64,000 nt of DNA. Source: Flavobacteriales bacterium. GTDB lineage: Bacteria > Bacteroidota > Bacteroidia > CAIKAF01. The stretch spans positions 4,849-68,848 of the forward strand of contig JANWWQ010000003.1 in NCBI GenBank assembly GCA_025055635.1. Direction: 5' to 3'. Positions 38,291-47,810 of this stretch are shown piece after piece (position 1 is the first letter of the stretch; every line of letters starts with the position of its first letter). Below the pieces are notes generated by a model, which was given only the letters and a program-made list of their open reading frames with translations, did no database searches and was not told the DNA's origin. Both the position numbers and the translations under genes were made by a program.

Positions 38291-39184
38291 TTATTGGAGG
38301 GAGCGGGAATAGTCATCTAAGAATTTTTTTTCGGCGTTGGTGAGGCTGTGCAGACCTTCCCTGTTGATTTTGTCCAGAATGCGATCCAACTGTTCTTCTC
38401 TACTTATGCGTAGGGTGTTTTGTTCTTCGTCGTTCAATGGTCGCTTGCCTGCCATGATACGGTCAAAGTCTGTGACGCCGGAATGTTTCAAAAGATCACT
38501 GAGGGACATCAATCTGCGACGCTCGCGACGGGGAAAAGAGCGTATAAACAGCCATCCCACCGCAGCTCCCCCCAGGTGGGAGAGGTGGCCACCGGGGTTG
38601 TGGAGGAACAACAGGGAGATTAAATCCACGGCCACGAGTCCAAGGCCCAAATACTTCATCTTTACAGGAAATAATAAATAAAGGTGTATGATGTGATCGG
38701 GCATGAAAAGCACGGAAGCCAGGACGATGGCCATGACACAAGGAGTGGCCCCCAGGAGCATTTCGTGGCGAAACAGGGTTTCAGCTCCTGGAATGTGGGC
38801 CACAGTCAGCGTTAATACGGCGCCGCACAGCCCCCCCAGCAAATACAGAGGCACCAATATGAGGCGCCCTGCTGTCTGAGAAAGCCAAAACCCGAAAATA
38901 CCCAATCCAATAAGATTGAAAATTAGATGAAAAAAGTCTGAGTGTACAAACATGTAGGTGAGCATCGTCCAGGGCTTTGTAAAAACCTGAAGGGGAGCTA
39001 AAGGAAGTCCTAAAAACTGAAGCCACTGGCTGCCAGTTAAGGGATGGAGGCGGTCCGCTACCTGGAGCAAAACAAAAATCGCTATGTTGACGATTGCCAA
39101 AAAAGCCACAGGCGAAACTTGCGCCGCGGGTTTTCGGGGCCTTAAAAGGGCTTTTCCGAGCGCACTACTTGGGGAACCTCTCAT
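38291..39184 (-). CDS. Rhomboid family intramembrane protease (atypical GATP active site) with a C-terminal helical DUF6576-like domain
   Basis: PWTMLTYMFVH; HLIFNL; YLLGG; LLGATP; HLSHLGGA; LDRILDKINREGLHSLT.EK.FL. A TAAATTTG element at 39203-39210 supports the ATG at 39184. Confidence 0.85.
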   Translation of the reverse strand: MRGSPSSALGKALLRPRKPAAQVSPVAFLAIVNIAIFVLLQVADRLHPLTGSQWLQFLGLPLAPLQVFTKPWTMLTYMFVHSDFFHLIFNLIGLGIFGFWLSQTAGRLILVPLYLLGGLCGAVLTLTVAHIPGAETLFRHEMLLGATPCVMAIVLASVLFMPDHIIHLYLLFPVKMKYLGLGLVAVDLISLLFLHNPGGHLSHLGGAAVGWLFIRSFPRRERRRLMSLSDLLKHSGVTDFDRIMAGKRPLNDEEQNTLRISREEQLDRILDKINREGLHSLTNAEKKFLDDYSRSLQ

Positions 39185-39586
39185 ATTCCTACGAACCTCC
39201 CACAAATTTAACCTACTATGCTTGGTCTTTTAGCCACATAAATGAGATTTAACATTAATTTTTTATAGATTTATTCAAAAAGGGCTCCACCATGTAGAAG
39301 TTAAAGAGAAGAGGGGGACAGCATTACACATGGTTCCTTGTAAACAAAACGAAAAAACATGAAGGAGCTCAATCTGGAAGCCGTTATTTCGGCCTGTAAG
39401 TAATTGTATTTTAAAACTGCTCCGTAATTAGAAATTTTTGTTCTAGTTGAGATTTTACTGAATGGATTACAAATTAAATCAGTTGGTGAATGGCATATTT
39501 TGATGTTCCAGCCTAAACTCTAACTCTTAAATACTTAGAAAATGGAAGCAATAATTTTTATTAAAATACTTAGTTTTGTTGACTTT

Positions 39587-40681
39587 TTAAGAACGCCGTA
39601 ATTCAGGATGGATAATTTTATAGAGCCTTTCAGTAATGTAATGAATGAAAAGTAAAGCCAAGGCCATGTAGATTAAAATTCCGCTAACCAGGGGAAAATC
39701 ACGTGCTTCCAAGGCCTCTACCATGAGCTTGCCCACGCCGTTCCAACCAAACACATACTCCACGAAGATGGCTCCGCCTAGTAGGCCAGCCAACCAATTG
39801 CCACTCAGAGAAATAATTGGAAACAGGATATTTCTGAAGATGTGAATGTGGTAAATAACAATAGGGGGAAGGCCTTTGGCCTGAGCGGTGCGCACATAAT
39901 CAGAAGACCGGGCTTCCAGGACGGTGGTACGAACCACTGAAAAAACGGAAGCCAGAGGACGCACACCTAGGACAAGCGCGGGCAGCAGCAGATTTTGGGG
40001 TGTCCACAGCCACCCCTTTCCCTCTGGATGTGGGGTGAAAAAGTTGCCCTGCACCTGCAGTCCAGTCCAATCATGAAGCCAGTAACCAAATGTGTAGGCC
40101 GCAAGGAGAGCCATCACAAATGAGGGGGCCGACACTCCAAGTGTGGAGGCCGCTATCAGGAAATGATCAAGGGGTTTTCCCTGGCGCAAAGCTGCCCAGA
40201 AGCCTAATGGCAAGCCCAAGACCAGACCTATAAATAGCGCTGCCAGGGCAAGCAAAATTGTGTGGGGTATAGCCCTTTGAATTACACGGTGTACCGGTAG
40301 ACCGTGGGGATAGGAAAAGCCGGCGTAAGGCCATTTAAGTGCTAAGCAGCCGTGTTGCCAGCAGAAGGTTAGCCCGGAGTATTGGGCTGCGTTGTAATAA
40401 AATGGGCTGCCGGGATTGGTAGTATGAATGCTAAGCGGGAAAAGGTCATTGAGGGAGCGAAAGAGTTGAAGATACCAAGGCAAATGGAGGCCTAATTCCT
40501 GGCGTACCTTTCGGAGTGTAAGTTCATCAGCCCTCTGGCCCAGCAGTTGGCGGGCCGGATCGGCGTTGCGGCTTAGCACCGTAAAGTTCAACGTGTGGGT
40601 GAGGAGTGCCACGCCCACCAGGATGACCAATGCCTGCCCTAAGCGGCCCAACAATCCCTGGTATGGTTTTTCCCTACTCAT
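39587..40681 (-). CDS. DppB/OppB-type ABC transporter permease
   Basis: DPARQLLG; ELGL; SAPSF; LLPALVLG; DYVRTAQAKGL (EAA loop); FVEYVFGWNGVG; RDFP; ATGA overlap with the upstream gene. Confidence 0.88.
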   Translation of the reverse strand: MSREKPYQGLLGRLGQALVILVGVALLTHTLNFTVLSRNADPARQLLGQRADELTLRKVRQELGLHLPWYLQLFRSLNDLFPLSIHTTNPGSPFYYNAAQYSGLTFCWQHGCLALKWPYAGFSYPHGLPVHRVIQRAIPHTILLALAALFIGLVLGLPLGFWAALRQGKPLDHFLIAASTLGVSAPSFVMALLAAYTFGYWLHDWTGLQVQGNFFTPHPEGKGWLWTPQNLLLPALVLGVRPLASVFSVVRTTVLEARSSDYVRTAQAKGLPPIVIYHIHIFRNILFPIISLSGNWLAGLLGGAIFVEYVFGWNGVGKLMVEALEARDFPLVSGILIYMALALLFIHYITERLYKIIHPELRRS

Positions 40682-42228
40682 CGGCAATGTTTCATAGCCT
40701 TTTCAAAGGTGGGGAAATCTCTGTAGTGCCACATTTTCACCACTACTGTGTCCTTTAGCATCACCAAGCCCGGATTAGAACGGATGATCGTTTTCAGGGC
40801 AGTGGCATCATTGTAATAATATCGAAAAGGATTTTGATGTTCATGGCGAAAGGCTTCGGCCTGGTCGCGCGAGGCGGTGGCTGCGATAAATTCCACATTC
40901 TGGCGGGCAGCTTTGGTAGCAAATGCGTTGATTTCCTTCATTTTTTCAGTGTTGGTTTTGGAAAGGTCATAGGCCACTAACAGGAAGCGGCAACCTTTTT
41001 TGTTGATAAATTCCTTGCCGTAGGGTTCGCCAGTTTCGGGATCTTCCAGATCAAAATCATGAATAGGAGCCTCTTTGAAAGGCTTGATGATTTTTTTGCG
41101 TTGGTCCACGAATTCATGGGTTTTTAGAAACTCTTCTGTCATCCATGAAAAATCGTTGATTTTACGGCCGTCGGGTTCGTTTTTCACGGCGAGGAATTCT
41201 TTCACTTCTCCGGTTTCTTTGTTTTTGTAAATCATATAAATGTCGGCCACTTCGGGGGTTGGCACCAGCCGCGAGGGCAGGCCATTGCCGGGAGCCCAAG
41301 GTCTGTAATCCTTAACGGGTAAGTGGTTGTAGCAATACCATGTAAAAAATGAAACCAGCAAGAGGGAAAGGGTAGCGATGAAGCCTTTCACAACGGCATC
41401 TTCAAAAAATGCATAATGCACAGCCACACGCAAAGCAGCCATGCCTACCATGTAAAGCCCAGGCAGCCACCAATCAAATATTCGCACCGAAACAATCAGA
41501 CCAATAAGGGGTCCCACTATAGCCACTATTTTTTCGGCTTTGTCCAGCGTGGAACCGTTGGCACTCCGAGGAAAAAGGGCCAGCGGAATAGCAAAAGCCA
41601 ATAGCACTACATCCTTCCAGAAAGATTGCCAGGGAGTGAGTTTCAACGCATCACCGAAGCAGCCGCAATCTGTTACTTTATTGTATCGGGCGGAATAATA
41701 GGTAAGAAAGGTAAAAAAGAGCATCATGATTAGGTTGAGCAGGGAAGTCACGGGCAAATAATAACCGAACAATATAAGAGTCCCCAAGAGGGTTTCGGTC
41801 ACACTTATGACTGAAGCCAGTAATAGGGCTCTATCGTGAAGCTTGTCACAGAGCCGATTGAACCAGGTATCGGGGACGTGTGCTGTATAGGTGATGGTTC
41901 GTTCTTTTACCTGTACAAGGGTATCAGGGTGCACGGAAGCCAGAGAATCAGCCGGAACATCCAGACCGTTAGGGTAGACTATTGTGTATTTGCCCTCTAG
42001 GTCGGGCAGTTTGGTTTTTCGGCCTTCTTCTATGAGGGCCTGCACTTGTCCCAGCGATAGGCGACGAAGCGTGTAGGTGGTGTCTGGAATGCTGTCGGTG
42101 GTTTTGAATACAGTGAAATACTCCTCTAGTTTATAGGAGAAACCGAGGGGATCGTTGGATTTGACTAGACCTGAGATAATCAGCAGGACCCCCAGTAGCA
42201 GGCGGCAAACCACTAAAAGAGAGCGCAT
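40678..42228 (-). CDS. BT_3928 family DoxX/MauE-like membrane protein with a C-terminal thioredoxin-like domain
   Basis: SGLVKSNDPLGFSYKLEEYF; VTDCGCFGDALKLTPWQSFWKD; HLPVKDYRP; DATALKTIIRSNPG. A TAAATTTG element at 42253-42260 supports the ATG at 42228. Confidence 0.85.
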   Translation of the reverse strand: MRSLLVVCRLLLGVLLIISGLVKSNDPLGFSYKLEEYFTVFKTTDSIPDTTYTLRRLSLGQVQALIEEGRKTKLPDLEGKYTIVYPNGLDVPADSLASVHPDTLVQVKERTITYTAHVPDTWFNRLCDKLHDRALLLASVISVTETLLGTLILFGYYLPVTSLLNLIMMLFFTFLTYYSARYNKVTDCGCFGDALKLTPWQSFWKDVVLLAFAIPLALFPRSANGSTLDKAEKIVAIVGPLIGLIVSVRIFDWWLPGLYMVGMAALRVAVHYAFFEDAVVKGFIATLSLLLVSFFTWYCYNHLPVKDYRPWAPGNGLPSRLVPTPEVADIYMIYKNKETGEVKEFLAVKNEPDGRKINDFSWMTEEFLKTHEFVDQRKKIIKPFKEAPIHDFDLEDPETGEPYGKEFINKKGCRFLLVAYDLSKTNTEKMKEINAFATKAARQNVEFIAATASRDQAEAFRHEHQNPFRYYYNDATALKTIIRSNPGLVMLKDTVVVKMWHYRDFPTFEKAMKHCR

Positions 42229-42316
42229 ATTGAGTACCTCTTTGGTAACGGGCAAATTTAGGAACGCCCTAATCAATCGGATAGGGGCGTTCCAGAGTGC
42301 CTGCCGTGCTTGGTAG

Positions 42317-42520
42317 TCAGCTCTTTTTACGGGTGGAAAATCCCAACACCCTGTAAAGGGGACAGAAGCCCACGAAAGAAGTGAGGGCAAAAACTATGGC
42401 CACCACCAGCAGCACAATACCCAGGGTGCCCTTGATACGGTCAGTAAAATAGCCGAATGCCAGGCCGGCGGCCAGGATAATTCGCACGACCCTATCAGCC
42501 AAACCCATGTTAATGTTCAT
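42317..42520 (-). CDS. DUF2892 (YgaP-like) small membrane protein
   Basis: NMGLADRVVR; two TM segments; TSFVGFCPLYRVLGFST. Confidence 0.88.
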   Translation of the reverse strand: MNINMGLADRVVRIILAAGLAFGYFTDRIKGTLGIVLLVVAIVFALTSFVGFCPLYRVLGFSTRKKS

Positions 42521-42848
42521 ATAATTCTGTGTTTTGGTGCATAAAATTAATAATTTTTAATAGAACAAAATTTAAATTAAAGGCAGCGTAATGGTTTCAG
42601 GCACCATTGAATAGTGGCGCAGTAGCTTGATAATAAGGAGGGTGGCTAACGACTAGAAATACTGGAAAAGTGGCTTTTGAAAATTTGTAAAAGGACTAAC
42701 GGAGCATGCTAGAAGTTCAGAGCACCCCTATTCTTTAGTGTTGAGGAGATAATATAATATATTAAGGCTGGCCCTCAGTGGGCTAAGCCTCCATTTCCTA
42801 TTTAAAAGCTCACAATGGGGTGAACGAAAAAAATGTTATTCTGTGGTG

Positions 42849-44033
42849 TTATTCACCCGGTCGTGGTCGGGCAGGTTTGGCAAAGGTGCGCACGTCTTCA
42901 ACCGTGATGGTTTTATCACAGAGGATAACGAGGCGTTCCACCGCATTGCGCAATTCGCGCACGTTGCCATTCCAACGGATCTTTTTGAGTTCTTCCAGGG
43001 CTTCATCTGTAAATTTTTTGGGGGGCATGTGCTGTTCTTCCAAGATCTCCTGCAGGAAGTGGCGGGCCAGGAGGGGGATGTCCTCCGGGCGATCATTCAA
43101 ATCAGGGACGTGAATGGGGATGACAGCCAATCGGTGAAGCAGGTCTTCTCGGAAGTTGTTTTTTCGGATTTCAGCTTCCAGGTCTTTATTAGTAGCGGCT
43201 ATGACACGCACATCCACTTTGATTTCCTCGTCGCCACCGACTCGGGTGATTTTGTTTTCCTGAAGGGCCCTCAGCACTTTAGCTTGCGCGGCAGGGCTCA
43301 TGTCGCCCACTTCGTCTAGGAACAGAGTGCCCCCGTGAGCCAGTTCAAACTTGCCTTTGCGGGTTTTGATGGCCGAGGTGAAAGAACCTTTTTCGTGGCC
43401 AAAAAGCTCGCTTTCAATCAGTTCAGAAGGAATTGCAGCACAATTCACTTCCACAAAAGGTTTATCTGCTCTGCGACTAAGGGCATGGATGGCACGGGCC
43501 ACCAATTCTTTGCCGGTGCCATTGCTGCCCGTGATTAGGACACGGGCATCGGTGGGAGCCACGCGGGCAATGAGTTCCTTGATTCTTTTGATGCTTTCTG
43601 ATTCACCTATGATCTCCCGGTACTTGGATTTGGCTACTGTACGCTTGAGAACTCTGGTTTCTTGTTCCAAATGTTTTTTTTCCAGGGCATTGCGCAAAGA
43701 CACTAATAGACGGTTCAGATCCAAGGGCTTGGTGATAAAATCGTAGGCACCGGCCTTGATACATTCCACAGCGGTATCTATAGTCCCATGCCCAGTGAGC
43801 ATCAATACGGGCACTTCCGGTTTTAATTTAACCATCTGGCGCAACACCTCCATGCCATCCATCCCGGGCATCTTGATGTCACAGAACACAAGATCTACCG
43901 GCTGGTCAGAGAATATCTCTAGGGCTTTGGCGCCGTTTTCAGCCTGGAGGACTTTTAGTCCTTCATTTTCCAGGATTTCGGTTAGGATGTTGCGAATACC
44001 TTTTTCGTCGTCCACTACTAGCACTGTATTCAT
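42849..44033 (-). CDS. NtrC/NtrX-family response regulator (receiver plus AAA+ domain, no C-terminal HTH)
   Basis: VVDDE; DIKMP; LTGHG; GSNGTGKE; VNCAAIP; ELFGHEKGSFTSA; FLDEV; WNGNVRELRN. The ATG at 44033 overlaps the ppx stop. Confidence 0.9.
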   Translation of the reverse strand: MNTVLVVDDEKGIRNILTEILENEGLKVLQAENGAKALEIFSDQPVDLVFCDIKMPGMDGMEVLRQMVKLKPEVPVLMLTGHGTIDTAVECIKAGAYDFITKPLDLNRLLVSLRNALEKKHLEQETRVLKRTVAKSKYREIIGESESIKRIKELIARVAPTDARVLITGSNGTGKELVARAIHALSRRADKPFVEVNCAAIPSELIESELFGHEKGSFTSAIKTRKGKFELAHGGTLFLDEVGDMSPAAQAKVLRALQENKITRVGGDEEIKVDVRVIAATNKDLEAEIRKNNFREDLLHRLAVIPIHVPDLNDRPEDIPLLARHFLQEILEEQHMPPKKFTDEALEELKKIRWNGNVRELRNAVERLVILCDKTITVEDVRTFAKPARPRPGE

Positions 44034-44980
44034 GGCAATTGCTTGTTTTGGAAGAGAGAAAATAGTATACCTTCTTTCAGTGCGAAGGAGCAAGTTCGGA
44101 CTGAGGTAATGGGGAATTTTTCCATCAAGAGGAGCACCAGTTGGGCGGCAGCCGGCAGCATTTCGGCGCGAAAGGCGGTGATGCCCGGCATGCGCAGCCT
44201 TTCCTCTAGGGTGGCGTCCAAAAGATCTTCGCAAAGTACCCTACAGGCATCCGCTGTGTAGGAAGTCCAGAATTTTTCGCGGCGAATTATCTGCCCTCTG
44301 GCACTCAGCATATCTTCAAATGTATCAAATGTGCCCGAAGAGCCTACCAGCGTGGTGACCGGATACGGACGGGCTAGATGAAAAAGGGGCAGCAAAATCT
44401 CTTCCAAATAAGCACGCATTTTAGAGAGTTGTTCGGGACGTGGCTGGTCATGGGTTCCGAAATCATCGGTGAGGCGGCTGACTCCCATTTCAAAGCTCTC
44501 CGAATAGACGGGAGCTTTGTGGTAATAGATTGCAAATTCGCAGCTTCCGCCACCCACATCCACAATGAGAGCGTTGTCTAAATCGTGGAGGACCCCGCTC
44601 ATAAGCACACCCCGAAAAATAAGTTCGGCCTCCCTTCGGCCGGAGAGAAGATGAAGGGGATGGCCCAAAATGCGTTGACAGGCTTCCTGAACCAAGTGAC
44701 CATTTCGGGCATTGCGCACGGCAGAAGTACCTGAAACAAATACCCTGCCAGGAGCAAATTCAGAGAGTTTTGCCGCGTACTCAGTAAAGGCCGCTTCGGC
44801 TCTCTGCAAGGCTTCGGGTAGCAGTTCACGCCCGCGCAGACCGCCCTTCCCTAATTTTACAGGAATTTTGCCCTGATAGAGCACTTTGAAGAAATGCCCT
44901 TCGGGCTCAGCAATGAGAAGATTAAAAGTATTGGTGCCACAATCCAGCACTGCCACTCGGGTATGAGACTGTGAACTCAT
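44030..44980 (-). CDS. ppx: Ppx/GppA family exopolyphosphatase (single-domain)
   Basis: LDCGTNTFNL; GTSAVR.A.N; LSGRREAELI; DVGGGSCE; GSSGT; ALKEG. Confidence 0.9.
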   Translation of the reverse strand: MSSQSHTRVAVLDCGTNTFNLLIAEPEGHFFKVLYQGKIPVKLGKGGLRGRELLPEALQRAEAAFTEYAAKLSEFAPGRVFVSGTSAVRNARNGHLVQEACQRILGHPLHLLSGRREAELIFRGVLMSGVLHDLDNALIVDVGGGSCEFAIYYHKAPVYSESFEMGVSRLTDDFGTHDQPRPEQLSKMRAYLEEILLPLFHLARPYPVTTLVGSSGTFDTFEDMLSARGQIIRREKFWTSYTADACRVLCEDLLDATLEERLRMPGITAFRAEMLPAAAQLVLLLMEKFPITSVRTCSFALKEGILFSLFQNKQLP

Positions 44981-46095
44981 TTCTGACCCTCAAACTTAAA
45001 ATAGGGAAGCCAAGCTGAAAAAAGACCTAGCATGATGGTCCCCCATTGACGTTCGGCCACATTTTCCGTGAGACAAAAAAGGAATAGAGCTAAGGCGTTG
45101 GCAGAGGCCAACCAGCTGCTTATAGAACGCAACATCCGGAGCACCGCTCCCCAAAAGCCTAGGAATAGAAGCAATCCAGTGAAGCCATGAGCTGCAGCAA
45201 GGTGGAGAAACTGATTATGGGTGTTCATGTTCTGCAGCCGAGGGTCTCGGCCTAAGTAGCAGGTGTTAAGATCCTCTTGCAACAAAGGTCCCACGCCGGT
45301 CCAAGGTTTGGACTGGAAAACCTGCCAACCGCATTGCCAGGATACTGCTCGTAAAGTGGCAGAGTTTTTTTGGTTTTGCACAATTTCCATAAATCTTGTG
45401 GAGGGCACTAGAACTATGTAAAGAGTTAAGATACTTAACAGCATCATACCTGCCCACCGGTATTTAGGCTGAAGTAGAAAAAAGGCAATTAATGCCATAA
45501 GGTGAATGCGGGTTTCCAGAAAAACCAGTGAAATCAACAAAAACGAAGCTAAACCTGTCCACAAAGCCTTTACCCAGAAGGTCGCTTCAGTGTAGGCTCT
45601 ATTTATAAAAAAGACGATGGAAGCCAGGGCAAACATCCCGAAGTATGGAGGATGGATGCCCGTACGAATTGAAAATTCGTTTCTTAGTTTATAAGAGAGG
45701 GTGTGTGCCGCAAGATAACTATCCTGAAAGCCTGTGCTAAAAATAGCCACAGAAGCAAAAACAACGACAGCTGATGTTGAGAGGGCTAGTACCAGGTATT
45801 CACGCTCCACAAAGTTGGCCAGAAGAGGACGTTCATCAGGAGAGGAGAGAGAATGTATAAGTGGTAATGTCAACCAGAAGAAGTAATGGTCAGGAAATGC
45901 GGCTTGATAAAAGCCATGTCTTAAGGAGGAAAGACAGCCCAGTATGCAGGTGGCGCCAATTATCCAAAATAGAAGAAGAGGCCTAAAGTAACACCGCCTT
46001 TGAAAAATCAATAAGAGGCAGCCTATGGCTGAGAGGACCAGAGCTGCGCTGTGCACAAAATACCAAGGCCAGGGGGCGGTGGCAGTCAGACACAT
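44977..46095 (-). CDS. O-antigen ligase / Wzy_C family membrane protein
   Basis: Multiple TM segments; IHPPYF; TR; SATLRAVSW; PWTGVG; NTHNQFLH; LTEN. The start is uncertain (the frame is open to 46272). Confidence 0.78.
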   Translation of the reverse strand: MCLTATAPWPWYFVHSAALVLSAIGCLLLIFQRRCYFRPLLLFWIIGATCILGCLSSLRHGFYQAAFPDHYFFWLTLPLIHSLSSPDERPLLANFVEREYLVLALSTSAVVVFASVAIFSTGFQDSYLAAHTLSYKLRNEFSIRTGIHPPYFGMFALASIVFFINRAYTEATFWVKALWTGLASFLLISLVFLETRIHLMALIAFFLLQPKYRWAGMMLLSILTLYIVLVPSTRFMEIVQNQKNSATLRAVSWQCGWQVFQSKPWTGVGPLLQEDLNTCYLGRDPRLQNMNTHNQFLHLAAAHGFTGLLLFLGFWGAVLRMLRSISSWLASANALALFLFCLTENVAERQWGTIMLGLFSAWLPYFKFEGQK

Positions 46096-46138
46096 CAGGC
46101 CGGCTTTCGTCAGAAACAAACCGCCTGGGCCGCCATTC

Positions 46139-47275
46139 TCAGAGTGCCGCAGCCAGAGGCTCCGGAAAATGTTGGCAGAAAAAATTTCTGATTTCTTTTT
46201 CAAAGCGCTGGCGTGAAAATTTAAGAACCGAAGCCCGAATTTCTGAAGCATCCCAGGATGTGATACCTTCAAAGCGTTCCACTGCTTCCATAAGACTTTT
46301 TACCGTCTGGCGATGAAAGAAAATGCCATTTTTTCCTTCTTGGACAGTTTCTAGGGCTCCGCCGGCAGCCAGGGCAATCACTGGTACTCCGCATGCCATG
46401 GCTTCCACCGGGGCTATACCAAAATCGTCCAGAGCCGCAAACACATAGGCTTTGGCACCATGCAGCCATTGCCTGTATTCTTCCCTAGAGCCCATGGGCA
46501 CCACTCTGATGTGAGGAGCTGCTTGCTTTTGGAGCTTTGGAATAGCCGCCGGTCGAGTGGCCATCACTAGGGGGCGAGAGGGCATTTGGTTGAATGTCCA
46601 AAGAATTAAGTCAAGTTTTTTATAGGGTACATCCCTGGATGAGGTGAAGTAATAACCGTCCTGGTAATTTTTATTACTCGGTAGCTGGAAAAAATCCGTG
46701 TCTACAGGTGGATAAATCACGGTGGCTTCTTTTTTATAAAATTCTTTAATCCGTCCGGCCACATAGTGCGAGTTGGCAATAAAATAATCCACCGTGTGGC
46801 TGCCCTGCAGGTCCCATTTACGCAGACGAGTTAGAGTTCTTGAAATGACCTTGAGAAAAAGTGGACGGTACAAACCGTAGTCTTGTAAATATTCTTTTTC
46901 AAATGCCCATAGATAACGTGAAGGTGTATGACAATAACAAATATGTAAAGCACCTTTCTTTTTTCTGATATTTTTTGCAGCAGCATGGCTACTGCTGACC
47001 ACAACATCGTAACGATGGAGGGGAAGCTGAGCCATGGCTAAGGGAAAAACAGGAAGCCATATCTTGTAAAAGTGGGCTGCAAAAGGCAGGCGGGCCATCC
47101 AGGAAGTATGCAGTTGTGGACTGGGAGAATTCAGTACCTGGGCAGCCATGCTACGGGATCCAAGCATGGCATAAATGTGTGGTTTCAAGGGTCGCAGCAC
47201 CCTGTAAATTTCTCCGGCTACTTCCTCAGAACCTCCTTTCTGAAGATACCAATCGTGGACGAAAGCAACCTTCAC
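46139..47275 (-). CDS. Glycosyltransferase family 4 (WbaZ-like putative mannosyltransferase)
   Basis: KVAFVHDW..GGSE; SSSHAAAK; CYCHTPSRY; FIANS; VIYPPVD; DFGIAPVEAMACGVPVI. Confidence 0.9.
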   Translation of the reverse strand: MKVAFVHDWYLQKGGSEEVAGEIYRVLRPLKPHIYAMLGSRSMAAQVLNSPSPQLHTSWMARLPFAAHFYKIWLPVFPLAMAQLPLHRYDVVVSSSHAAAKNIRKKKGALHICYCHTPSRYLWAFEKEYLQDYGLYRPLFLKVISRTLTRLRKWDLQGSHTVDYFIANSHYVAGRIKEFYKKEATVIYPPVDTDFFQLPSNKNYQDGYYFTSSRDVPYKKLDLILWTFNQMPSRPLVMATRPAAIPKLQKQAAPHIRVVPMGSREEYRQWLHGAKAYVFAALDDFGIAPVEAMACGVPVIALAAGGALETVQEGKNGIFFHRQTVKSLMEAVERFEGITSWDASEIRASVLKFSRQRFEKEIRNFFCQHFPEPLAAAL

Positions 47276-47285
47276 AGAGATGCCC

Positions 47286-47714
47286 TCAGTTGAAAACTCT
47301 AATAATCATTCCGTCAAAGGACGTTTTGTAGTTATGCAGAGGCCACAGCGAAGGACCTTTTAAAACCTGGCCATTCAGAACATTCCATTCTGAACCGCAG
47401 CAGGCACACACCAAGCGAAGTCCTGAAGACTCAGGCGCGGCCTTTCCACAGGGATTGTGGACATCGTGGGGACAATGCAGGTCAAAAGCAGCCACATCGT
47501 CAGTGGTGACGCGAACTACAATGATACCACGGGAACCCTCGTCAGGAAAAAGCATGTAGCCTCCGGGCACGTTTAGGGCAGAATACAAAGGGTTACCTAG
47601 ATTTATAACCAGGTTTACAGGAACGGAAGGTATTATCGGCCGGGGATGGCTTTTACAACCCATTGCAACTCCGAGAAAAATGCCCGCCAACATGAATCCT
47701 GCGTAAGTTCTCAT
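47286..47714 (-). CDS. Rieske-like Fe-S lipoprotein
   Basis: Lipobox AMGC; AFDLHCPH and CACCGS.W..NG; GP..PL..Y. A TAAATTTG element at 47748-47755 supports the ATG at 47714. Confidence 0.75.
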   Translation of the reverse strand: MRTYAGFMLAGIFLGVAMGCKSHPRPIIPSVPVNLVINLGNPLYSALNVPGGYMLFPDEGSRGIIVVRVTTDDVAAFDLHCPHDVHNPCGKAAPESSGLRLVCACCGSEWNVLNGQVLKGPSLWPLHNYKTSFDGMIIRVFN

Positions 47715-47810
47715 CAGAAATTTGTTGCCTAGAATCGTATATTTTGGCAAATTTAGTCTAGTAGGAAAAGCGGTGTAATTTTTGCGAAATTTTTTTAATT
47801 TAAAACTTCT

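Noticed and set aside
42765-42790. Hairpin AGGCTGGCCC-TCAGT-GGGCTAAGCCT downstream of the NtrX-like gene
   Set aside because: Imperfect stem with no clear U-tract; too weak to call as a terminator or RNA.
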